64,000 bases of DNA from Candidatus Latescibacterota bacterium (GCA_965242865.1 CBDETK010000013.1:4544001-4608000), one strand, 5' to 3'. Numbered from the stretch's first letter, positions 20,176 through 29,382 are shown. Made by a program: numbers and translations. Notes: generated from the letters alone by a model not told the origin.

Positions 20176-20245
20176 GGGGCGGCTGGTCTAGGCCGCTCCA
20201 CCCAACGCGCCCCGGAATGGCACCTTAATCACCGCTATTCCGGGG
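20176..20245 (+). other. Two tandem stem-loops after peptide 2
   Basis: GGGGCGGCT...GGCCGCTCC and CCCCGGAATGG...CTATTCCGGGG. The second hairpin has a homolog at 12765-12802. Confidence 0.55.
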
Positions 20246-20277
20246 CAACCTAACCCAAACCCAGAAGAGGTATAAAG

Positions 20278-21120
20278 ATGAAAACGCTGTATTTCACCCT
20301 AATCGCCGCTTGGTTCGCCCAGTATGCGTGCGTAGAACGGGAAGCCGACTCCAGCCTTACCGTCATGCCTCCTAAGTCCCAGTATGGGGGCTTTTCATCC
20401 CACCCCGACAGTCTGCAAATTTTCTATGACTACATCCATGGTCAGAAGATGATGAAGATCGAAGCCGGGGCCGAATTGCGGCAGGCTGTCGAGGCGATCC
20501 CCGTTGATCTGGGTGCTCCCATTGACCTAGCGCAAGAAGCCGCATTGCGCGATTGGCTCTACGACTTCTTAGTAGTCTTTTCGGCTTCGGGTAGCGACAG
20601 CCTCGCCGCCGCGTTTTACCTCCGCGAGGGCACGAATAACCCCGACGGGTTAGAATTCCTGAAAGAGTATCTCGCTAGCAGAGACGTCCCGACAGGCGAT
20701 ACGCCCTTTGCCATGTTTGCAGCCGGGCATAGAACAATACTCGGCATAGCGAAACGCGATTACTTTTTCGAGAGCGTGTCCTTTTTCGACAGCGCGTTTA
20801 AGGTATTTGAAATGCAAGAGGCGTACGATAGCTATGCGTTATACCTCCAGACGCATGGCATGGTCCCCAAAGGCACCTTGAATTTTCACCCCAAACTATA
20901 CGACGAGGTTGAGGAAGCTCTACAGGCCGGCGAGTCGTTGATTTTCGCCGACATCATGTTCATCGTCGAAGAGCCGGCAGGGGTCTCCGATTGGCCGTGG
21001 CAGGGGCGCACCCCGTCCTTCTGTCGGCTAGTCTGGGATCCAGAACGGGCTATGTGGTGCCATGTAGAGGTCTATTTCAGCGTCGGTGTGCCGCAAAACT
21101 TTCTGTTCAACCTCATATAA
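20278..21120 (+). CDS. Exported unknown protein, island paralog P4
   Basis: N-terminal signal (possible weak lipobox QYAC) and family motifs. Most similar to P2 (DSLQxFYDYIHGQxMMK, AIPVDLG). Confidence 0.88.
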   Translation: MKTLYFTLIAAWFAQYACVEREADSSLTVMPPKSQYGGFSSHPDSLQIFYDYIHGQKMMKIEAGAELRQAVEAIPVDLGAPIDLAQEAALRDWLYDFLVVFSASGSDSLAAAFYLREGTNNPDGLEFLKEYLASRDVPTGDTPFAMFAAGHRTILGIAKRDYFFESVSFFDSAFKVFEMQEAYDSYALYLQTHGMVPKGTLNFHPKLYDEVEEALQAGESLIFADIMFIVEEPAGVSDWPWQGRTPSFCRLVWDPERAMWCHVEVYFSVGVPQNFLFNLI

Positions 21121-21165
21121 TCTACCTTTGCCGATGCCGATGACTCTAAAGAAGGAGACCCCTCA

Positions 21166-22611
21166 ATGCTAGCTGCCATTGTAAAACGCGAACTGATCGA
21201 TCACCTCCTCAGCCTGCGCTTTAGCTTAGCCCTCGTGCTGACCGTAGGGCTGATGGTGCTCAATGCCCTCGGCTTTGTCGGCGGGTCCTACGAGTCCCGG
21301 CGCGACCTCTATCTCGAACAGGTCCAAGCCCAGCAAGAGATCGGCCGCAGCCACGCCCAACAGGGCTTGTGGAAGCTGATCGTCCATGGAGGGCAAGACT
21401 ATATCTATAAAAAACCCAGCCCCCTCATGTTCTGCGCCGTGGGTGCCAACGACGCCCTGCCCGAGCGGCTCTGGACGCCGAGTTGGCAATTCGGGTACAA
21501 CGACGACATCATGTTCTACGATCCCTTTGTACTCATCTATTGGGACATCAAAACCCACTGGGCACCAAAGGCCAGCCAACTCATGAAGGCCCGAGCCATC
21601 GACTGGGTCTTCATCATCGGCGGCCTGCTCAGCCTCATGGCCTTGTTGTTCACCTTCGACGCCTTCATCGGCGAAAAAGAGCGCGGCACCCTCAAGCTGG
21701 TCATGGCGCAGAGCCTGCCGCGGCACACCCTGCTGTTGGGCAAGTTCCTCGGCGCGATGCTCGCCCTCGCCCTCGTGTTGAGCCTCGCCGTTGTCGTCAA
21801 CCTGCTCATCGTCCTCGCGCTGCCGCAGGTGAACTTGGGTCTGGTTGAGGCCGGGCGCATCGTCGGCATGGGCGGCTTATCGCTGCTGTATCTAGCTTGC
21901 TTTGTCGGATTGGGGCTGTGGGTGTCGATACGGAGCAGCACTACGCGCTCCAGTTTGGTGAACGTGTTGTTGCTGTGGACCTGCGGGGTGTTGCTCTGGC
22001 CGGCGGCCGGCGGTGCGTTGGCCTCCCGCGTGGTGGTCCGCGACTTCGGAGAAGCGGTTGTAATGGAGTGGGAGTTCAACGCTCCAGAAAAAGAGAAAAT
22101 TAATCTTCTTAGGTCTGCTGCGCGGAAGCGCGATATGAGAAACCCCAAAAAGCTACGCGAGTTTGCCGAGGCCGAACGCGCCAAGCGTCAGGTTATTCAA
22201 GACCGGGAAGACCAATTTTTGGCCTTCAGCCTCAGCGAGGTTGAAAGAGCGCGCCACATCGTGCGTCTGTCGCCAATGGGCTGCTTCCAGTACGGCATGG
22301 AGGCCCTCGCCGGCACCGGACTAGCGCGTCACAAGAGCTTTGTCGAGCAAGCCCGCACCTTTGTCCAGCAGTTCGAGCAGACCATGCTCAACCTCGACCG
22401 CGACGATCCCAAAAGCATGCACATCCACCCCGTCGCCCAAGGGCTGTCGCGGCAGAAAATCAACCCCGACACCTTACCTGTCTTTACCGAGAGCCTGTCG
22501 GCGGCGACCTTGCTGCGGCATGCGGTCGTCGATGTCATCGGCCTATTCTTCTTCGCCGTTCTCACGTACATGCTGGCCTACCGAGCATGGCTACGCGCCA
22601 GCATCGTCTAA
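21166..22611 (+). CDS. ABC-2 type transporter permease 2 (divergent subtype)
   Basis: IVKRELIDHL and FDAFIGEKERGTLKLVMAQSLPRHTLLLGKFLG motifs; multiple TM segments. Confidence 0.88.
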   Translation: MLAAIVKRELIDHLLSLRFSLALVLTVGLMVLNALGFVGGSYESRRDLYLEQVQAQQEIGRSHAQQGLWKLIVHGGQDYIYKKPSPLMFCAVGANDALPERLWTPSWQFGYNDDIMFYDPFVLIYWDIKTHWAPKASQLMKARAIDWVFIIGGLLSLMALLFTFDAFIGEKERGTLKLVMAQSLPRHTLLLGKFLGAMLALALVLSLAVVVNLLIVLALPQVNLGLVEAGRIVGMGGLSLLYLACFVGLGLWVSIRSSTTRSSLVNVLLLWTCGVLLWPAAGGALASRVVVRDFGEAVVMEWEFNAPEKEKINLLRSAARKRDMRNPKKLREFAEAERAKRQVIQDREDQFLAFSLSEVERARHIVRLSPMGCFQYGMEALAGTGLARHKSFVEQARTFVQQFEQTMLNLDRDDPKSMHIHPVAQGLSRQKINPDTLPVFTESLSAATLLRHAVVDVIGLFFFAVLTYMLAYRAWLRASIV

Positions 22612-22716
22612 AGACAGCCTTCGTCGCCCCACATTTCCAGATCAAAGTGGGTCGTTCCTAGACCGGCTACCTCCATATCCCTCGAGAGGCATCGGGGGAT
22701 AGTCGCCGCCACTGGG

Positions 22717-22852
22717 GGCGGCGACTACGGTGGGGGCGGCGACGGCGGCGACGGCAACGATGGCGATGGCGATGGCGACGACGACCGCGACAGCGATGGC
22801 GACGACCGCGACGACTGCAACGACAACAGCGACAGCAACGATGGCGGCGACC
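22717..22852 (+). repeat. Low-complexity GGCGAC/GGCGAT/CGAC triplet-periodic tract
   Basis: GGCGACGGCGGCGACGGCAACGATGGCGATGGCGATGGCGACGACGACC... directly follows a REP-like palindrome and abuts promoter copy 4. Confidence 0.8.
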
Positions 22853-22853
22853 A

Positions 22854-23050
22854 TGCGATGTTTCGACGCACTTGTGCGATATATCCGCGCACTTTTAGGC
22901 CGTCAAAAGGGCTTTGCAAAGGATTTGAAAGCGGGGCAATAAATCAGCTCATTTTTTACAACATATTGTATAACAGACAGTTACGAACACTCTATCAAAG
23001 AAATCGGCGCGATTATCACCCGCTGGTCGCCTACTGGCACGATAATTGCA
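22854..23050 (+). promoter_or_regulatory. Sigma-54 promoter module copy 4
   Basis: Enhancer boxes at 22854-22870 and 22875-22891. TGGCAC-GATAA-TTGCA at 23035-23050. Confidence 0.9.
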
Positions 23051-23086
23051 ATAATACTTACTGAAACTCAAACCAAGGAGGACACC

Positions 23087-23968
23087 ATGCAACCCGTAGC
23101 CATTTTCGCCCTGCTCGCCATCGCCAGCACCGCTATGGCCGAGCCTAAGCATCCGCACGGTGGCTTTTCATCTCACCCCGACAGCCTCCAAGTCTATCTC
23201 GACTACCTCAACAGCTTGGATATGATCAAGGCCGAGGCCGGTGATGAATTGCGGGAGGCCGTCGAGGCCATCCCCGTCAAGCCGAGCATTCCCATCACTC
23301 CTGTACAAGCAGCCGACCTGCGCGACTGGCTCTACGACTTCCTCGTCGCCTTTTCCGTCTCCGGCAGCGACAGCCTCGCCGCGACTTTCTACTTGCGCGA
23401 AGGCGTTGAGGACTCAGAGGCGATACAGCAGATGAAAAAGGACTTGGAAAGCGGGCCCAGTCTCAAAGATAAAGCCATGATAAAAATGCTAAAGGCAGCG
23501 GGGATCACTATTTCCCTCCCCGAGCCGGTCTCTGATGCGGGCGATACGCCCCTTGCCATCTTAGCAACCCAGCACCGACAAATCCTCGCCACAAAGGGGC
23601 GCGATTATTTCTTCGGCAACCTTTCCTTTCTTGGCAGTGCGTTCGAGGTGTTAGAGATGCAAGGCGAGTATGATAGCTATGGGGATTACGTCCAAACCCA
23701 CGGTTTGCTCCCCCAAGGGCCTATGTGGTGGCCGCCCAAGCTGAAAAAAGAAATTGAGAAAAAGCTACAGGCGGGTGAGCAGCGCATCTTTGCCCAATTC
23801 ACGTTCATCGCCGAAGAGCCCGAAGAGTGCGCCGACTTTGAAACGGGGCCGATGCGCTTCCCGTTTTTCGTCCAACTCGTCTGGAGTCCCCAGAAGAATA
23901 TGTGGCGGCTCGTAGAAATTTTCGCGTCTAATGACGCGCCGGTTCTGTTTGTATTCAAGGCCCTATAA
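23087..23968 (+). CDS. Exported unknown protein, island paralog P5
   Basis: RBS AAGGAGG, signal ending AMA-E, family motifs, and a central insertion shared with P6. Confidence 0.88.
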   Translation: MQPVAIFALLAIASTAMAEPKHPHGGFSSHPDSLQVYLDYLNSLDMIKAEAGDELREAVEAIPVKPSIPITPVQAADLRDWLYDFLVAFSVSGSDSLAATFYLREGVEDSEAIQQMKKDLESGPSLKDKAMIKMLKAAGITISLPEPVSDAGDTPLAILATQHRQILATKGRDYFFGNLSFLGSAFEVLEMQGEYDSYGDYVQTHGLLPQGPMWWPPKLKKEIEKKLQAGEQRIFAQFTFIAEEPEECADFETGPMRFPFFVQLVWSPQKNMWRLVEIFASNDAPVLFVFKAL

Positions 23969-24024
23969 TCCGCCCATGCTCATGCGGAAGCCTAAAAAGA
24001 CGAACTCAAACCAAGGAGGACACC

Positions 24025-24915
24025 ATGCAATCCGTAGCCATTTTCGCCCTACTCGCCATCGCCAGCACCGCTATGGCCGAGCCTGAGCACCACTACGGCG
24101 GCTTTTCGCCCGACGCCGCTGGCCAGCAAGTCTATCTCGACTACCTCAACCGCTTGGAGATGTTCCAAGTCGAGGCCGGGGCCGAGTTGCAGCAGGCCGT
24201 CGAGGCCATCCCCGTCGAGCCAGACATCCCCATCACTGCCGAGCAAGAGGCCGACTTGCGCGACTGGCTCTACGACTTCCTCGTCGCCTTTTCCGCTTCC
24301 GGCAGCGACAGCCTCGCCGCCGAGTTCTACTTGCGCGCAGGGGTGGATGACCCGGACCAGATCCAAGAGATAAAAGAGCGCTTGGAACGCGGCCCTAGCC
24401 CCGAAGAAATCGCTGCAATACAGCAGTTTCAAGAGCAGGCAAAGGCGGCGGGCCTCGCGGTGAGCATCCCCATCCCCGAGCCGATCCCCAATGCCGGCGA
24501 TACGCCCCTTGCCATCGTAACGACCCAGCACCGACAAATCCTCAACGCGAAGGGATGCGATTCCTTCTTCGACAACGCCTCCTTGTTCGCCAGCGCGTAT
24601 CGCGTGTTCGAGTTGCAAGGAGCCTACGAGCGCTATTGGGACTATATCGAGGTCCACGACCTGCTCCCTGTGAACCCTAAGAGTTCGTTGCGCATGGACG
24701 ACGAGATGAAGGCGGCTCTACAGGCCGGCGAAAAATGGGTGGCCGCTCAGTTCATGGTCATCGTCGAGGGGCCGGACGAGTGTGCCGACTTTGAAACCGG
24801 GCCGATGCGCTTCCCGTTTTTCGTGCGCCTCGTCTGGAGTCCAGAAAAGGCTATGTGGCGGCTCTTAGAAATCGTCATGCCGAACAGCGCGCCGGTTCAG
24901 TTTTCATTCTTGTAG
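24025..24915 (+). CDS. Exported unknown protein, island paralog P6 (tandem duplicate of P5)
   Basis: Upstream AACTCAAACCAAGGAGGACACCATGCAA is identical to that of P5; ECADFETGPMRFPFFV is shared. Confidence 0.88.
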   Translation: MQSVAIFALLAIASTAMAEPEHHYGGFSPDAAGQQVYLDYLNRLEMFQVEAGAELQQAVEAIPVEPDIPITAEQEADLRDWLYDFLVAFSASGSDSLAAEFYLRAGVDDPDQIQEIKERLERGPSPEEIAAIQQFQEQAKAAGLAVSIPIPEPIPNAGDTPLAIVTTQHRQILNAKGCDSFFDNASLFASAYRVFELQGAYERYWDYIEVHDLLPVNPKSSLRMDDEMKAALQAGEKWVAAQFMVIVEGPDECADFETGPMRFPFFVRLVWSPEKAMWRLLEIVMPNSAPVQFSFL

Positions 24916-24963
24916 CCCGCAGATCGCCCCTGAGACTGCGCTCGAACCCACAGGAGCCGCATC

Positions 24964-26547
24964 ATGATCGGCATTGTGTTCCAAAAAGAGATGCTCAGCC
25001 ATCTGCTCAGCCAGCGCTTCGCCGCTTGCACCATCCTCGCTGTCGTACTGATCCTCGCCAACGGCGTCCTCACGACTCAGACCTACGTCCACAAAAAGGC
25101 CAGCTACTTCACCCAGCGGGCCACTGAGGACAGCAAACTGCACGAAATCACCTATTATTCGGCCCTAGGCTGGGACTGGTTAGTCTCGACTACCTTTGGT
25201 CTCACAGCAAAGGTCAAGGCGGCTCCGCGTGCGCTACGGGCTCCGCGTCCCTTAGCGGCGTTCGCCCGAGGAGCCGAACGACAGGCCGGGCAAGCCGTCA
25301 AGGTGCTGCTCTTCGAGGTGCCCTACCAAGCCGAGGAAGTCTCGCCCTTCCAGTCGAGCAACCCTTATCTCGCCATCTTTGCCTTCTTCGACATGGTGTA
25401 CATCTTCCAACTCGTGCTCGGCTTGCTGGCCATCCTCATCGCCAGCGAGACCATTTCCGGCGAGAAGGAGGACGGCACCCTGCGGCTGATGTTGGCGACC
25501 AACGTCAGCCGCGCCCAAGTCCTCGCCGGCAAAATCCTCGCGGGTTTGACCACGCTGGCCATTCCCACGGCTCTCGGCTTCATCCTGCTGACGATCTTGC
25601 TGTTGGGCACGGAGCAGATCGACGTCGGGGCGGGCGAGTGGGCGCGGGTAGGCTTGCTGTTGGTGCTATCGCTGCTGTATCTGCTGGTGTTCTATTTGAT
25701 TGGACTGGCGATCTCGTGCGCGACGCACCGCTCGGCGACCAGCTTGATCGTCGCGCTGTTTGCGTGGGCATTGCTGGCGATAGTGCTGCCCAACAGCATC
25801 TCGGCGTTGCTCAACGAGCAGGCCAACATGGGGGAAAAGCATGCCCAAGCTCATCACAAGGCCGCGCAGGTGTGGCAGGAGTTCGATCAGGAGGTCACCG
25901 ACCTCGCCCGGGCGCACGGTCAGACGAAGTACTTTCCCACAGATATGGTCGAGCGGAACTATATAAAGGGACGCGGGGCTGTAACCTACGACGACGGCAC
26001 TGGAACCTATTCCAACTGGGGAAGAAACGAGCAAAAGCCCCATGTCTATCTATCGAGTGTCGCCGATACACCCGCGCTGACAAAATTCCAAGACATCGTC
26101 CGCACTGGCGAGCGGCTGCGCCTGAAATACGCCCAGCGCGCTTGGAACGAGAAGGCTCCCCTCCTCGAAGGATTCCCCCGCCGAATCCAACGCCTCAACG
26201 ACCAACTCCAACGCCTGCTGCCCGCCGGTGCGTACGCTCAAGCCGCCAGCCTGCTCGCTGGCACCAGCCGCCGTGAATACGACGATTTCATCGACCAAAC
26301 CCGCACCTATCGCGGGCAGATCATCGCCTTCCTCGAAGAGCGCGATGCGTTTGGCTCCCGCGAGTGGTTCAACGACGATCCCGGCTGGCGCGCCGACCTG
26401 CGCGACCTGCCGCGATTTGCCGAGCGCGGCTGGACCGTCGCCGAGAGCGTGCGCCATGCCTTACCGGCACTGACCTCCCTGCTGCTGTATGCGACCGTGC
26501 TCTTTGTCCTCGCCAACCGCCTCTTCGCCCGCTACGACGTGATGTGA
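24964..26547 (+). CDS. ABC-2 type transporter permease 3 (paralog of permease 1)
   Basis: Near-identical to 16686-18257 in the TM segments, divergent in two loops. Confidence 0.88.
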   Translation: MIGIVFQKEMLSHLLSQRFAACTILAVVLILANGVLTTQTYVHKKASYFTQRATEDSKLHEITYYSALGWDWLVSTTFGLTAKVKAAPRALRAPRPLAAFARGAERQAGQAVKVLLFEVPYQAEEVSPFQSSNPYLAIFAFFDMVYIFQLVLGLLAILIASETISGEKEDGTLRLMLATNVSRAQVLAGKILAGLTTLAIPTALGFILLTILLLGTEQIDVGAGEWARVGLLLVLSLLYLLVFYLIGLAISCATHRSATSLIVALFAWALLAIVLPNSISALLNEQANMGEKHAQAHHKAAQVWQEFDQEVTDLARAHGQTKYFPTDMVERNYIKGRGAVTYDDGTGTYSNWGRNEQKPHVYLSSVADTPALTKFQDIVRTGERLRLKYAQRAWNEKAPLLEGFPRRIQRLNDQLQRLLPAGAYAQAASLLAGTSRREYDDFIDQTRTYRGQIIAFLEERDAFGSREWFNDDPGWRADLRDLPRFAERGWTVAESVRHALPALTSLLLYATVLFVLANRLFARYDVM

Positions 26548-26695
26548 TCCAGCTCATCGCCATGCCACAAAGCCGCTTGCTCGGCGGTGCGTGTTGGGCT
26601 TACTTAATGGAGCTACGATCTGTGGGTGACCTCGTCATAATGCTTTTGCTATTGGCCTCTCCAACTTGTTTGTTGCAGCGAATGGAATGCCGAAC

Positions 26696-27556
26696 ATGAC
26701 TGCTACTTGGCGCGACTATTGGGAACTGACCAAGCCGAGAATTGCCTTTTTGGTACTGGTTACGGCCGCCTTGGGCTTTTTCTTGGGGGGGCAGGGGATC
26801 CACGCGCCGCTGCTTTTTTGCTGCCTGCTCGTCGGCACGGGTTTGACGACGTGCGGGTCGTCGGTGCTCAACCAGTATCTGGAGCGCGATGTCGATGGTT
26901 TGATGGAGCGCACGCGCCACCGGCCCTTGCCGGCCGGGCGCGTCCAGCCGGGGACGGCTCTGTTGATGGGGTTTGTGCTCGTGCTAAGCGGGGTGTTTTT
27001 CCTGCTTTTTACCACGGGGTTGTTGACGGCGTTTTTGGCACTCCTCTCCGCATTTCTCTACGTGGTGGTGTACACCCCGATCAAGCGGCAAAATTGGCTC
27101 AACACCTCGCTGGGGGCCGTGCCCGGTGCCCTGCCGCCGGTAGGGGGCTGGACGGCGGCGACCGACGCGATTGATCCGGGGGCCGTGGTCCTGTTTCTCA
27201 TTCTCTTTGCTTGGCAGCACCCGCACTTCTACGCCATTGCTTGGATCTTCCGCGACGACTATCGGCGCGGCGGTTTCAAGATGTTGCCCGTCGTCGAGCC
27301 GGATGGGAACAGCACGTGCTGGCAGGTGGTGGGCTACTTGGTGCTGCTGCTGATTTTTTCGGTGCTGCCTTCGTTTATGGGCCTTACCGGGCCGCTCTAT
27401 CTCGTCGGGGCACTGGTGTTGGGTGCGCTGTTTTTCGTCGCCGGGCTCGCGCTTAGCTTCTCGCGTTCTGTGGCCAGTGCGCGGCGGCTGCTCAAGGCTT
27501 CGGTCCTCTACCTGCCGCTCTTGTTGGCGTTGAGCGTGGTAGATGCCGGGTTTTAG
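26696..27556 (+). CDS. cyoE: Protoheme IX farnesyltransferase (heme O synthase)
   Basis: LTKPRI, LNQYLERDVDGLMERTRHRPLP and WQHPHFYAIAW...DY motifs. Start placed at MTATWRDY. Confidence 0.95.
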   Translation: MTATWRDYWELTKPRIAFLVLVTAALGFFLGGQGIHAPLLFCCLLVGTGLTTCGSSVLNQYLERDVDGLMERTRHRPLPAGRVQPGTALLMGFVLVLSGVFFLLFTTGLLTAFLALLSAFLYVVVYTPIKRQNWLNTSLGAVPGALPPVGGWTAATDAIDPGAVVLFLILFAWQHPHFYAIAWIFRDDYRRGGFKMLPVVEPDGNSTCWQVVGYLVLLLIFSVLPSFMGLTGPLYLVGALVLGALFFVAGLALSFSRSVASARRLLKASVLYLPLLLALSVVDAGF

Positions 27557-27675
27557 AAAACGTGCAAAAATTTCCGTCCGTGGTACGTAGAATGTAGGGC
27601 CACCTTTCCACCGCCGCTCGCGCTGGTAGATCGTCTATCGGCATAGGCGGCGCACTTAACCGAGAGGAATGTAAA

Positions 27676-27954
27676 ATGACAGAGCAACCCCTAACTCAAG
27701 CGCAAGACCACGACCGCCGCATTGGACGGCTAGAAGGCATTGTCGAGCAGTTAAACCACCGCTTGGACTCCATTGAAAAGCGTATCGACGCCCTTGAACG
27801 GGCGATTGCCGAGTTGCGCGTCGAAGTGCGGAACGAGATTGCCGCTATCCATCGCCGCCTCGATACGCAATTTCGCTGGCTAGTCGGTATTCAGCTAACA
27901 ACCCTGATCGCTATTGGCAGCCTGCTGTTTGGTATCCTCAGCAAACTACCTTAA
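27676..27954 (+). CDS. Small coiled-coil protein with C-terminal TM helix (DUF1640-like)
   Basis: Heptad-rich RLEGIVEQLNHRLDSIEKRIDALE followed by FRWLVGIQLTTLIAI. Confidence 0.65.
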   Translation: MTEQPLTQAQDHDRRIGRLEGIVEQLNHRLDSIEKRIDALERAIAELRVEVRNEIAAIHRRLDTQFRWLVGIQLTTLIAIGSLLFGILSKLP

Positions 27955-28017
27955 TGCCTACAACCCGCGCCATCTGAAATCACCGCAAAATCGCCTGATA
28001 ACACCGACGCTTCGTTT

Positions 28018-28605
28018 TTACTCAACAGCTTCTAGGAGTGCGGCTTGCGCCCGCTGGTATTCTGCCGGCGCGTTGAGGTTGGCAAAAAGCAGGCCGCGCT
28101 CGTCGTAGGGCCGCCAGTCCTTTTCCCGCACCAAATCCAAACTCAGATTGCTCAACAGACGGCGCATGCCGAGTTGATCGGCCTGCATGGCCGCTTGGAC
28201 CGCCGCCATGCAGGATGGCTCGTAGAGCGCGCAAAGCGGCTGCAGCCCGGCGGCCGTGTGGGGCACGACTGCTTGATGCGGCCCGCGCCGGTCGACGAGA
28301 TAGCGGAGGAAGGCCGGGGTGAGGAAGGGCAAGTCGCAGGCGAGGAGGAGCACGGGCGCGGCGGTTGTGCCGAGCGCGGTGTACAGGCCGCCCAGCGGCC
28401 CGCGCCCGGGGCGGCAGTCGGGAAGGACAGGCCACCCGAGGTGGCCGTAAGCGGCCGGGTCGCCGACGATGAGGCCGGGATAGGCGAGGGGGCGAGCCGC
28501 GGCGAGAACGCGCTCAATCAGGGGCTGGCCGCCTAGGGGCAGGAGGGCTTTGTCGCGGCCCATGCGCCGGCTCTGGCCGCCGGCCAGCACGGCCACGTGG
28601 ATCAT
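28018..28605 (-). CDS. mobA: Molybdenum cofactor guanylyltransferase
   Basis: LAGGQSRRMGRDKA, GPLGG, ACDLPF, QPLCALY and NLNAPAEY motifs. Confidence 0.92.
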   Translation of the reverse strand: MIHVAVLAGGQSRRMGRDKALLPLGGQPLIERVLAAARPLAYPGLIVGDPAAYGHLGWPVLPDCRPGRGPLGGLYTALGTTAAPVLLLACDLPFLTPAFLRYLVDRRGPHQAVVPHTAAGLQPLCALYEPSCMAAVQAAMQADQLGMRRLLSNLSLDLVREKDWRPYDERGLLFANLNAPAEYQRAQAALLEAVE

Positions 28606-29366
28606 TCGGGGGACTGACGGGGGCGGCGGTTGATCTGGGCGGCCGCGTACCCCGCGCCAAAGCCGTTGTCGATATTGACGACGACCACGCCGGCGGCACA
28701 GGAATTGAGCATGGTCAAGACCGCGGCGAGGCCGTGAAAACTCGCGCCGTACCCCACGCTCGTCGGCACGGCCACGACCGGAACATCCACCAACCCGCCG
28801 ACGACGCTGGCGAGTGCGCCCTCCATCCCGGCCGCGACGACGATGGCCCGCGCCCGCTGCAAGAGCGCGCGGTAGGCCAAGAGCCGGTGCAGGCCGGCGA
28901 CGCCGACATCGCACACCTCCTCGACCCGCGCTCCCATAGCGCGGGCCGTGACGATGGCTTCGCGGGCTACGGGCAAGTCCGAGGTGCCGGCCGCGACGAC
29001 AGCCACTAGGCCCTCGGGCGCGGCCCGTTTGGCCCCCGGTACTAGGACCGTGCGGGCGAGGGGGTCGTGCTCGGCGCGGTCGAAGCGCTCGACGAGTGCT
29101 TGGGCCGTGGCCGCTTCGACGCGGGTGACCAGCACCTGGGCGCCGTGGGCGGTGATGCGCTCGGCAATGGCCAGCACCTGCTCGCAGGTCTTGCCTTGGC
29201 CGAAAATGACTTCTGGGAACCCGGTGCGCAGGGCGCGGTGATGATCGACGTGGGCAAACCCGAGGTTTTCAAAAGGCAGGTTCCTAAGCCGCTCTAAGGC
29301 TTGGCTCGGATCGAGGACGCCGGTGGCGACTTGGTCTAGCAGGTGGCGGAGTTGGTCTTGGTCCAT
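28602..29366 (-). CDS. larB: Nickel pincer cofactor biosynthesis protein LarB (PurE-like)
   Basis: DHHRALRTGFPEVIFGQGK, AGTSDLPVA, DVGVAGLHR, AGMEGAL and VNIDNGFGA motifs. Confidence 0.93.
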   Translation of the reverse strand: MDQDQLRHLLDQVATGVLDPSQALERLRNLPFENLGFAHVDHHRALRTGFPEVIFGQGKTCEQVLAIAERITAHGAQVLVTRVEAATAQALVERFDRAEHDPLARTVLVPGAKRAAPEGLVAVVAAGTSDLPVAREAIVTARAMGARVEEVCDVGVAGLHRLLAYRALLQRARAIVVAAGMEGALASVVGGLVDVPVVAVPTSVGYGASFHGLAAVLTMLNSCAAGVVVVNIDNGFGAGYAAAQINRRPRQSPE

Positions 29367-29382
29367 GGCGGGGGAATGCGGG

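Noticed and set aside
22642-22942. Ala/Thr-, Val- or Ser/Pro-rich small ORFs over the triplet tract
   Set aside because: Low-complexity DNA is open in several frames and none has a convincing RBS.
11730-23050. Repeated non-coding blocks as a CRISPR array or IS ends
   Set aside because: Repeats are 150-200 bp, kilobases apart, carry -24/-12 boxes and lack regular spacers. No cas or transposase gene is present.
11946-26547. Diversity-generating retroelement or integron driving the variable regions
   Set aside because: No reverse transcriptase or integrase is present. Differences between paralogs are not adenine-specific and include indels; no attC-like sites were seen.
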